A stretch of DNA of 64,000 nt from positions 83,903-147,902 of IMG/VR virus record IMGVR_UViG_3300022745_000020. The stretch is one strand, 5' to 3'. Position 1 is the stretch's first letter. Each line of letters opens with the position of its first letter. The notes beneath the pieces are model-generated. The model was not told where the DNA came from and ran no database searches. It saw nothing but the letters and a program-made list of their open reading frames with translations. Origin of the DNA: a virus. Below, one piece after another: positions 1 through 9,200 of this stretch. The position numbers were made by a program, and so were the translations under genes.

Positions 1-236
1 GCCAGCAGACGAGCCGTCTGAGCGTTGATGTCATTGGCCTTCTCATCGACTTTCATTCGCATACGACCTAAGCTCACCTTATCGTTGTCTGCGATGAATT
101 TCTGTAAAACCCCCAGCATCTTGACATCTTCGATCAGCTTGTCTTTGTCCTTGAGTAGCAAATCGATCAGATCGTCTCGGATCGTGCGCGAGCGCTGTAG
201 CTCCATGAGCAGTGGATCTTTATTTGCATCATCCAT
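1..236 (-). CDS. hypothetical protein, 3'-truncated by window edge (MDDANKDPLLMELQRSRTIRDDLIDLLLKD...)
   Basis: Manual translation of the minus strand; GGAGAATGAATC before ATG at 236; frame open to the window edge. Confidence 0.7.
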   Translation of the reverse strand, partial: MDDANKDPLLMELQRSRTIRDDLIDLLLKDKDKLIEDVKMLGVLQKFIADNDKVSLGRMRMKVDEKANDINAQTARLL

Positions 237-364
237 GATTCATTCTCCGTATATGACGTGTATCATTTAAGCGTTAAGTGGCTACTGGAGTGTACTCTCA
301 CAAATAAGATTTGTGAGATGTATCCGTTCACTACATGCGCATACACGAGTATCGGGTACATTGG

Positions 365-397
365 AAAAAATTACAGTCCTATATCATCTACTTGAGT
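365..397 (+). promoter_or_regulatory. putative early (virion RNAP) promoter
   Basis: AAAAAATTACAGTCCTATATCATCTACTTGAG; core TATATCAT at 380-387, member of the repeated motif resembling the phiKZ early TATATTAC box. Confidence 0.7.
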
Positions 398-451
398 CAA
401 ACCACTTAAAAGGAGTGATCTCTACTATCTTTTACCACTTACGAGGTAAGC

Positions 452-931
452 ATGAATCGTGACAATGACAGTGAACACCATCGAAGGATGGGCAGCGATC
501 GCAGGGGCTTCACAGAGTACTGTGGCCCTGGCGGTGCGCTCAAACTGCTTTGGGTGCGTGTGCTTTTCGCCGTCGGGCTGGACCTCACCAGCTTCAAGTC
601 CTTGCTCAACGAGTACGTCCACAAGACGTATGGTGCTGCTGCTTCACAACCTGGCAGTGCCAAAGTCTCCAACGGCAGGATCGATCAGATCCATACGCTG
701 CGAGCGAACTTGAGGAGATCCTTGACTCAGCATCAGGAGTTGACTTTTAAGAAGTTGATTCAAGGGCTGAAGATCTTGGGCATGGTGAAGTTAACGATCA
801 CGTTGGATGGGGAGTTCAAGCCCAGAGATGGTCATCCCCCCAGAAAGATCAGCGTGAGCATCCCGATGAATCTGGGTAAGGTCAGCATCGAGCCCAGCGA
901 TGAATCAACAGGAGAATCTGAAGATGCATGA
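452..931 (+). CDS. conserved hypothetical jumbo-phage protein
   Basis: 159-aa ORF with RBS GAGG, first gene after the early promoter motif. Confidence 0.75.
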   Translation: MNRDNDSEHHRRMGSDRRGFTEYCGPGGALKLLWVRVLFAVGLDLTSFKSLLNEYVHKTYGAAASQPGSAKVSNGRIDQIHTLRANLRRSLTQHQELTFKKLIQGLKILGMVKLTITLDGEFKPRDGHPPRKISVSIPMNLGKVSIEPSDESTGESEDA

Positions 932-1472
932 AGGTCAACCAGTGAAATCCCTCCTAGAGGTATTTCGTGACAACGTGAGCTACTGCCTGACAGAGCTCGA
1001 AGGCCCGGAGATCCGAGCAATCATTGACACCTGCTTGCGATGGGTGAAGATCCATCCGCAGCTCATGCTCAGTGATCCGGTCATCGAGCAGTTTCGCAGC
1101 GATTGCAACTTCACGCAGTTTGCACGTTTCGCATCGCGGGTATGCATGCTCAGTGAGGTGCAGCTGGACAAGAGCGTCTACGACGAACAGCTCATCGCCA
1201 TCGTCAGGGCACTGAACTGCCACGACGAGCACTACACCTTACCCGTGGGTGATGAGCCGGTGCTGGGTCTGCACTCCATGATCGATCGAGTGCTGGGTGA
1301 GCGACTACCTCTCCAAGTCGAGACGAAGTTGAGTGATGAACAAATCACCAGCGTGCTGATCACCATTGTCTTGGCCAACCGCTTCTTGCAATTCGCCTTG
1401 TTGCTGTCGTTTAGCCCATCGGTGATCGTTCTCAAGGAGATCAAGACTCTGATGGACAGGACCCCTGCGTGA
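924..1472 (+). CDS. hypothetical protein
   Basis: RBS GGAG before ATG 924; overlaps upstream stop. Confidence 0.75.
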   Translation: MHEGQPVKSLLEVFRDNVSYCLTELEGPEIRAIIDTCLRWVKIHPQLMLSDPVIEQFRSDCNFTQFARFASRVCMLSEVQLDKSVYDEQLIAIVRALNCHDEHYTLPVGDEPVLGLHSMIDRVLGERLPLQVETKLSDEQITSVLITIVLANRFLQFALLLSFSPSVIVLKEIKTLMDRTPA

Positions 1473-1555
1473 GCCAACGCACCAATCGCTCGTTACTCCC
1501 CCACAACGCGTTTTTTCTCCCTCAATCTCTTTTCTTCCCCCACAAAGGAATCATC

Positions 1556-2671
1556 ATGTCTGACAACGAACTCCACACCAGCGCCCAAATCGAAGCCCAA
1601 GCTGAAGCGGCTATCCAAGTCGAGACCATCGTCTATGAATCGGCTGAACTGACCACGCTGGAGCTGCCCGTGAACTTCCAGCCCATCGGCTCTGAAGGCT
1701 TCGACTTCTCCGACATCACTCTTCCCGATCCGATGAACACTGTCGCTGGCGACGCACTGAGCCAGACGCAACAGCAAGAGCCCCCGAGCGTGCCCGAGGT
1801 CACGTTCGACTACGAGTCCAGCGAAGACGATGTCCAAGAGCCCAAGCACACCAAGAAGGGCAAGAACAAGAACAAGAATCGCAAGGCTCACCGGGTGGAT
1901 GAGCCGCATGTGCTCAATGGTGAAGAAGCCGTCCACGCAGCAGGTGAACTTAAGCGCCACTTCCAAGAAGCCCCTCCGAAGAAGGTGGCTGCGCTGTTTC
2001 GCTCAGCAGATCTGCTGGGTGACATGATGAAGCAGCGCGGCATGGATGTCTGGCAACCCCCGAAGGAAGGAGTGGACTTCATCAACTTCTCCTCCCGATC
2101 CGCCACCCCCATGGGTAGGGTGTTCGACATCTACTCCCCCTTCAAGGCGTTCAACCCGAGCACCGACAAGGTCGAAATCACCCCAGTGACCATCCCCAAC
2201 TTGGGGAACTTCGTCACAGTGGCCGGCATCTTGTATGCCATCGCGGGTGTCTATCGCAGCGATGATACCGCTGCCTTGAGTGACGAGACTCAGCACGAGC
2301 TGCACACGTCCTACGCCGGACCGCTTAACGGCGTCACGTACGGGCTGCGACTGGTGGAGATGCCCGGGCTCAAGCGAGTGATGTGTGATGTGCTCTGGCT
2401 GGTGCTGAAAAGCAATCCGGTCATGGCCAACATGCTCAAGGAGTCGGGTGGCATCCAACTGCGCTCATTCTACGTCAATGACCAAGGTGTGGAGAAGAGC
2501 TCCATACATGAGGCCTGGCTGGTCGAGCTCTACTCGATCTGCCGCGTTTACTTGCAAAACGACGTGGAGGATCCGGAGTTCACCATCGGGGTCGACGAGC
2601 CGCTCCTGCCCGCACCGCGGCAGAGCTATAGCAAGCGCCAAGGCTATCGGGGTAATCGCAGCCGCGACTGA
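1556..2671 (+). CDS. protein with acidic/disordered N-terminus and degenerate NADAR-like (T4 gp30.3-like) C-terminal domain
   Basis: RBS AAAGGA; EGVDFINFSSRSATPMGRVFD and PNLGNFVTVAGILY resemble the recalled DG.DHIN.YS...T.LGR.L and G.F.SVEG.W.. pattern. Confidence 0.6.
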   Translation: MSDNELHTSAQIEAQAEAAIQVETIVYESAELTTLELPVNFQPIGSEGFDFSDITLPDPMNTVAGDALSQTQQQEPPSVPEVTFDYESSEDDVQEPKHTKKGKNKNKNRKAHRVDEPHVLNGEEAVHAAGELKRHFQEAPPKKVAALFRSADLLGDMMKQRGMDVWQPPKEGVDFINFSSRSATPMGRVFDIYSPFKAFNPSTDKVEITPVTIPNLGNFVTVAGILYAIAGVYRSDDTAALSDETQHELHTSYAGPLNGVTYGLRLVEMPGLKRVMCDVLWLVLKSNPVMANMLKESGGIQLRSFYVNDQGVEKSSIHEAWLVELYSICRVYLQNDVEDPEFTIGVDEPLLPAPRQSYSKRQGYRGNRSRD

Positions 2672-2692
2672 TCAATGCAACGCTGATCGATG

Positions 2693-2759
2693 AAGAGTCT
2701 GAGTGTGCTAGAGGGAGTCACATCCTTCTGGTCCACTCGGGCTCTTTTATTTTTTTTTT
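2693..2759 (+). terminator. long hairpin plus T-run
   Basis: AAGAGTCTGAGTG...CACTCGGGCTCTT followed by a long T tract. Confidence 0.8.
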
Positions 2760-2825
2760 CATATATCGACTTTTTTCAATCCAATGATTTACTCATATAA
2801 AAACCCCCTCTCATAGGTGCGTGGC

Positions 2826-3947
2826 ATGACTCTGGCTCAATCTACATTTCAAACCGGTGCGAGCGATGCACTGCAAGCCGTAGACGTCTACAATCAAACG
2901 GGTGCGGCTGTCATCAACACCATCCGCGATACGGCAGGTTATATCAAGAGTCTGGATAGGACGTTCAAATCCGCCACTGACTTGAGCATCAATGGCATCT
3001 CTGTAGACTCTATACTCAAGATCAATCAAGGCCAACTCATGGTCAATCCAGATGCGATGCTCAAAGCTGCATTGAGAGACGTGCCTGGGTTGATGTCGGC
3101 TTATCAGACACTGTCGGATGCTCGTAAAGTGACCTTCACGGCCATTGAAGATGCCATCAGCCTAGTCAAGGTCACCAAAGGTGCTGCTCAGTCGTTTTTA
3201 AAGTCAGCTCCAATCAACGATGTGCGAGCCATCATGGGCATGGTCATGGCCATGGCCGAGGGCTGCCCACTGTTTCCCAATATCGTCGTAGAAGATATCG
3301 GAGCACTTCGATTTTTATTGAAGAAACTCCTGCATGAGGCCACCACACTGGGGCTGACTGGACTATATGGGGCTTTCGTAGGCTGCCCTAAATTCACTGA
3401 GGATACTCATCGGGCTGTTACGCAGTCCATGTGCTCGACGCTGTATGGTACATGTAACAACGACTTGCTGCTGGAGATCGCTGAGAATGGTGGAGGCAGA
3501 TTCCTCCTAGAGGGCGATCCTAATTTCTTTAGGAACTACGTCTGTAAGTATCAGCTGGGATACAGCTCTGCATCCGAACTCTGGAGAGCTAAGCAATCCA
3601 CATTCGCAGATGACTTGAAGAAGATCATCCGAGCCTTCGGTCTGATCGATCCGATGTGGTTTGTCTCTAAACTCAACAAAGACATCCATGCCATCCATGC
3701 GTATGTATTTGATAAAGCCAGTGATGATATGTTTGAGCTGATGCGTCACGCTCAGATGCTCAACTGTCCCAGCTCTCGAGCTATGATTCGCCACTGTGAG
3801 TCCACTCACGACTGGAGCACATTCGATACCCGCCAGTACGTCATGCTCACCTATCACGCGAGCATGCTGCGGCGTCAAAAAGACGCCAAGAAAGGCTACG
3901 CCCTACTGCGAGCTGAGATGGCCAAGAGCTTTCATTTTCTTAAATAA
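2826..3947 (+). CDS. putative virion structural protein
   Basis: 373-aa ORF next to the tail/baseplate genes; function inferred from context only. Confidence 0.6.
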   Translation: MTLAQSTFQTGASDALQAVDVYNQTGAAVINTIRDTAGYIKSLDRTFKSATDLSINGISVDSILKINQGQLMVNPDAMLKAALRDVPGLMSAYQTLSDARKVTFTAIEDAISLVKVTKGAAQSFLKSAPINDVRAIMGMVMAMAEGCPLFPNIVVEDIGALRFLLKKLLHEATTLGLTGLYGAFVGCPKFTEDTHRAVTQSMCSTLYGTCNNDLLLEIAENGGGRFLLEGDPNFFRNYVCKYQLGYSSASELWRAKQSTFADDLKKIIRAFGLIDPMWFVSKLNKDIHAIHAYVFDKASDDMFELMRHAQMLNCPSSRAMIRHCESTHDWSTFDTRQYVMLTYHASMLRRQKDAKKGYALLRAEMAKSFHFLK

Positions 3948-3963
3948 AACATACATACACCCC

Positions 3964-4005
3964 CCACAGTAGTGCAGGTCAATCCAATGACCTGCACTAC
4001 TGTGG
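3964..4005. terminator. 18-bp perfect-stem hairpin
   Basis: CCACAGTAGTGCAGGTCA-atccaa-TGACCTGCACTACTGTGG. Confidence 0.75.
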
Positions 4006-4087
4006 TGTATAACTGTCTCTATTTTTACTCTATGCACTTCAGTAGTGCGCCAGCATCAGACACCCTGCGAAGAGGAATAAAACACCT

Positions 4088-6190
4088 ATGGCCACCACCT
4101 CCCCCATCGAGCAAGCCGCTCAGATTCGATTGGCTCAACGCAGCCTGATCAGCCCCAACGGAATGATCACTGATCGCTTATGGATACGTCAGGCGTTTTT
4201 GGTGCCTCCCACCCTAGGCTCCACAGGTGGACCCGCTTCTAGTCTAGACCCAGTGGATCAGGAAAACAGAGGCTACTCCAGTGCATCGTTTAAGTACACC
4301 GACTCTACTGTGGGTGGGAACTTCTGCATCAATCCACCTCCTCAGTTCACACCCTATGCGGATATCCCTGTTAAGGGGCTGAGTCGTCAAGCAGTGGATC
4401 AAGGCATCGCCTATTCAGCGGGCTTTACAGGCATGGGCAGGTACTACAGTGAAGCCATCGATGACAACAATCGCATCGTGCACTTGAGTTTTGGGTTTGT
4501 ATCGTACAACTCACTGACTCAGTTCTTCACAGGGTTTTACACGCCCTCACTGGCTACGCTGGCTCGCACGGGTAGATCGACCACTGGCTTCATTGATATG
4601 TTCTTGAAGACAGCTTTTGGTGTGATTAATCTAGCGGTACTGCCTCTGACGATCATCCCTATCTTGTTCATGACCATCGGTAATGCGATTCGGTTTATGT
4701 TCAAAATACCCGCTAGTAAGTTTTGCTATTTCAAAGAAGGTATGACCTCATACTGGAAGGTGGTGAACAACTTAGTCAACCAGCTAGCGGTCAATCGTCA
4801 GTTGATCACTTATACACAGTCCAGCGTGTTTGAATCGTTCATTGGTGAGAAACCTAAACTCGATAACGCTACAAAGACCATCTTTCATCAAATCTTTCCA
4901 GAGATGGCTGAAGATGGTATCATCGACGTCTATGCCATTGCTAACCGTGCTAAGCGCCTAGAGCAGCGTCACCGCAAGGAGATGTTCAAGCAACTGAGTG
5001 CCTTAGGAGATGAGGGTTGGTACGGTAAGGTCAGGAAAGTCTATAAGGAAAATGCAGGTCTGGAGCAAATCGATGCTCATGAGACCATGCCGTTTTCTCA
5101 AAAGACATTCTGGGAAAAGTTCTTCGCTGGAGCTGAGCTCAGTAAAGGCGATACTGAGGGCATCATCGAGCAGGATCTGCGCACTCGAAAAGACACTGCC
5201 AACGCAGCGACTGCCAGTGGAGGTAAGACACTCGAAGATCTAAAGACTCAGCCCTATGAGCCTAATGTCTCCGACGGATTTTTCGAATACTTCTTGGCAT
5301 CTGCTGCCGACGGCAGTTCTTGGGCATCGTTTCGGGTCGACGACACGGGATCCACCACTGAGACGTTCTCTAACTCTACTTCCCCGTCTTCTCTAGCGGA
5401 TAAACTCAACTCCGCTTCTAAGTCTGCACGAGAGACTCACATCAGCTTTGCTGAAGGTAATGTAGACAGTGCGGGGTTTGTCAAAGGTGTACTCGATGGG
5501 GCTGTGAGCATCCTCACCAACACGGCCGATTTGCTACATATCGGGGGGTTGGTGCAGTTTGCTGGTCGTGCATTTGTAGATATCCCTGAGCACTGGACAG
5601 ATCACGCCGCTAGTGTGGGGGAGACTTCTACGTACACCACCACACTCATCAGCCCCTATGGAAACGTAGTTTCGCAGATGATGCACATCTACATCCCGCT
5701 GTGTATGCTCCTAGCTGGAGCACTACCTTTAGCCACCGGTAAGCAGTCGTACACCAGTCCATTCGTGTGTCAGCTCTATGACAGAGGGCGAAGTATCACT
5801 CGCTTAGGTATGATCACATCACTCACCATCACTCGGGGTACGTCGAATATGGCCTGGGATAGAAACGGCAACGCCATGGCCATCGATGTGTCGTTTACGG
5901 TGAAGGATCTCTCCTCAGTGGTGAGTCTGCCTATCCATGAAGGCATGAGCATCATGCCCCTAGAAGGCGTCTTCGATAGTGAGAATAAATTCACAGATTA
6001 CATGATGGCGCTATCGGCCACGAGTCTGCCAGACGCTCATGATCGTCTACCCATCCTCAAGAGGCAGATGGATACCAAGATCGCTCAGATCAAACAGATC
6101 GCATCTCCTGCTATGTGGGGTATGCAGTTTGCGAATATGCTCCCAGGTCAGCTCATGAATATCTTTATGAGTCCGACTGATAAGCGTTGA
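4088..6190 (+). CDS. virion structural protein (phiKZ gp182-like, tail/baseplate region)
   Basis: 700 aa, RBS GAGGA; convergent with the giant tail hydrolase, neighbouring it as in phiKZ. Confidence 0.7.
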   Translation: MATTSPIEQAAQIRLAQRSLISPNGMITDRLWIRQAFLVPPTLGSTGGPASSLDPVDQENRGYSSASFKYTDSTVGGNFCINPPPQFTPYADIPVKGLSRQAVDQGIAYSAGFTGMGRYYSEAIDDNNRIVHLSFGFVSYNSLTQFFTGFYTPSLATLARTGRSTTGFIDMFLKTAFGVINLAVLPLTIIPILFMTIGNAIRFMFKIPASKFCYFKEGMTSYWKVVNNLVNQLAVNRQLITYTQSSVFESFIGEKPKLDNATKTIFHQIFPEMAEDGIIDVYAIANRAKRLEQRHRKEMFKQLSALGDEGWYGKVRKVYKENAGLEQIDAHETMPFSQKTFWEKFFAGAELSKGDTEGIIEQDLRTRKDTANAATASGGKTLEDLKTQPYEPNVSDGFFEYFLASAADGSSWASFRVDDTGSTTETFSNSTSPSSLADKLNSASKSARETHISFAEGNVDSAGFVKGVLDGAVSILTNTADLLHIGGLVQFAGRAFVDIPEHWTDHAASVGETSTYTTTLISPYGNVVSQMMHIYIPLCMLLAGALPLATGKQSYTSPFVCQLYDRGRSITRLGMITSLTITRGTSNMAWDRNGNAMAIDVSFTVKDLSSVVSLPIHEGMSIMPLEGVFDSENKFTDYMMALSATSLPDAHDRLPILKRQMDTKIAQIKQIASPAMWGMQFANMLPGQLMNIFMSPTDKR

Positions 6191-6204
6191 TACAGCATAG
6201 AGCC

Positions 6205-6241
6205 CACTCACCACCCTAGCGCATTGCCAGGGTGGTGAGTG
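6205..6241. terminator. bidirectional hairpin between convergent genes
   Basis: CACTCACCACCCT-11nt-AGGGTGGTGAGTG, flanked by AGCATA...TATGCT. Confidence 0.8.
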
Positions 6242-6250
6242 AGTATGCTT

Positions 6251-9200
6251 TTATGCTCTGCGTCTCATGGACACAGGAAGATCGGGGATATCATATCGAG
6301 CACTCATTGGCTTGGAGTTACTCCTCACAGCTGGAGTATCATTAGTCAATTCAGTCTCGGGTTTAGCTGAGGGGTCCTTAGCCTGCATAGACTCCACAGC
6401 AGCAGGGATATTGGGTTTATTAGCGATGATGGCCAGTAGTTGCTCCATGCGCTTTTGTACAACCAGACTCTCGCTCAAGATCCCTTCGGTCTTAAACATC
6501 AGGTTGGCACCTGGGCTGTTATCGACTGCGGGTTCGATGCGAGTGGGCTGGAGATTGCTCATGTCTAAGCCCAGACTAGCGCGAGCAAAGTCTGACTTTA
6601 TAGCCGCTCTGGAGGGCTTGGGAGTAGCTGTGGCTACCTCTGTATCCCCCGAGGGGGTTTGAGGCCTTGTAGAGGCCTTTAAAGCCCTCCAAGAGCTATC
6701 CTGAGATGCATTTTGTACAGCAGAGACTCGCGTGCGCTCGACAGGGACAGTATCACTGCCTAAATCGATCCCAAACGCAGCTGCAGTCTTCCTGAGCTTA
6801 GCATCGATGTAGTCCACCAGAGCCTGTACAGATCTGGGAGATCCATTGTCGTAGAAGATACTTTCATTAGCAGCAGCTGCCTTAGGCAGGATCTGAGCAG
6901 CTGGAGTCTGAGGGGCATTTTGGTACACCTCATACAGGCGCTTGGCTCCAGCCTTACCCAGGAAGTGAGCCATGTAGGCTTTGGTCACATCCTGAGTCTG
7001 ACCGTCGCTGTTGGCCTTGATGAGGTGTGCTCCCATGAGAGCGTTAGCACGAGCATCGTAGACTGAAGTGCTCTCGGGCATATAGCCGTATCTAGAGCCA
7101 TACTTAGAAACAGTTTCCTCCCAAGTGGCTTGAGTGAAACCGTTGAGTCCGGCAGCACTGCCGAGCTTAGCTCTGGCGTCTGGGTTAAAGCCAGACTCCA
7201 TAGCTGCAGTAGCCAGTGCCACCTTAGGGTCCACACCCACCGCCTGAGCAGCTGCGGTGATGGTGTCTTTGACCGATTGCTTATCTCGGCTCTTGGGCTC
7301 AGGGACTTTAGTCAGAGCACCTATGGTGGGTTTTTCTGGCAGAGCACCGAATTGAGCCTTGTTAGGTGCATCGGTAGACGCCACTGCGGGCTTACTCTCC
7401 GCATCAGGCAGAGGAGCAAACTTGGGCTGATTGCTCGCTTGCAGTGGGGCTTTACCTGGCTGAGATACAGGCCCCACGATACCCGTTTGCAGTGTAGGCT
7501 TCTTAGATTGAGTCCCCAGTGGATCGATCTTCTCCAGAGGACCAGAGGCTTTAGCATCGGCATTGATGCCAGATAGTTTCACATTGGGCTGGATGCTGGC
7601 AGCAAGGATCTGGCGAGCAAGCTCTGGATTGCGAGAGCCATCGGTGGCACCCTTTTGAGTGCCTAAGCCCCCACCTCCTCGACCGATGCCTTCTTCTATG
7701 GCTTTCATCGCCAGCTCAGGCTGCTGCTTATAGCGATCGATATCGAGCTGCACGCCCACTGGCTCGATGTGCCAGGGCTCACCTCCCACAGGTCGAATCA
7801 GTCCATACTTGCGCAGCAGCCCCAGATCATCCATCTCATCGAGGGCTTTAGAGTCAGCATCCAGCGCTAAGCCGTAGCCATGTAGACTCTGACCAGGAAC
7901 AGCAGCTTTAGTGCCAAACTTCTGCCGCATAGCGACTTGGTCTTCATAGCTGCGATAGGCATCGGTGACGGTGATGCGCTTACCAGTGAGTTGGTAGTAT
8001 TCCTCCACAGCGCCGAAGAAGCTCTTCATGAGTGCTGGGTTGACCTGATCCATCTTGAGCTTGCCATCCTGGCGGATAAGGCTATAGCCATTGCGACCAT
8101 CCAAGAGTGGCCCATCGGCAAACTTCAAGCCACTGGGATTGACCTTGGAGTCAATTACACTCACACTGCTGGTGGCAGTGGGGGGCTTTTCCACATCCAA
8201 GGAGAAGTTGGTCTTAGGCAGCTCAGGTGCTGCCTTGGTCAACGTATCTTGCTGCTGCTTTTGAGCATCGGCTACGAGCTGTATACCACGCTGCTCACGA
8301 GTGGGCTTGGTGGTATCTGCAGCAGCCTTATTAGGCTTAGACTTGATCTCATCGAGCTTATACTTGAGTCGGATGTCTTGGATGACAGCCTTCACATCTG
8401 TCGATGAGCAGGCCTTATACGCTGCGTCATGCAGCGGTAATACCCCGTAGCCGTAAGGGCCATCCATGTAGGAGGCTAAGCTCATATACGACTGCAGATC
8501 TGCACCCTCCAGAGAGCTGATCGAATCGATATCGAATTTCCCAGTGACTTGCTTGACAGCCAGAGCGTGTGTCAAAAACACAGGCTTGAACCTGGCACGA
8601 TACCACATGGTGAAGCGATTGACATCTTCTTTGCTCTGACTGTCGAGATCGAAGATGGACATGATGTCCTTGAGATTGACCTTACTCTCAATGATATCAG
8701 GGCCTTGATTGGTAAACTGCACCCGATCTTGTAAGATGCGCTCGAACTTCACCACCTTGACATAATTGACTTCATCATCGGGATGAAAACCATACTGCAC
8801 CAGGCGCAGCTTGTCGATATCGCCGAGCTTGTCTTTGTAGTGACGATAGACTTTCCATGCCCCATAGCCCACAGCAGCAGCCACAGCCGCACCGATGACC
8901 ACAGGAGAGCCCAGGAAGGCCCCTAGCGCAGTACCCAGTGTAGCCAGACCAGTGCCAGCTGCAGCCATCAAACCGCCTCCAGTGGCTGCTGCAGTAGCAG
9001 CACCACCAGCCGCAGCTGTGGTGGCACTGGCAGCGCCTACAGCAGTGGCAGTACCTGCTGCTGCAGTCGCACCAGTCGTCGCTGCTGCAGCAGTAGCAGC
9101 AGCTCCCCCTAGACCCAGAGCACCGGCTCCCCAGCCCATGAGTTTACCGATACTGCCTTTGCCCAGAGACAGCAGATTCTTGATACCATCGATGAGATCG

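Noticed and set aside
25-270. 81-aa + strand ORF at the window start
   Set aside because: Ser-rich shadow of the real minus-strand gene starting at 236
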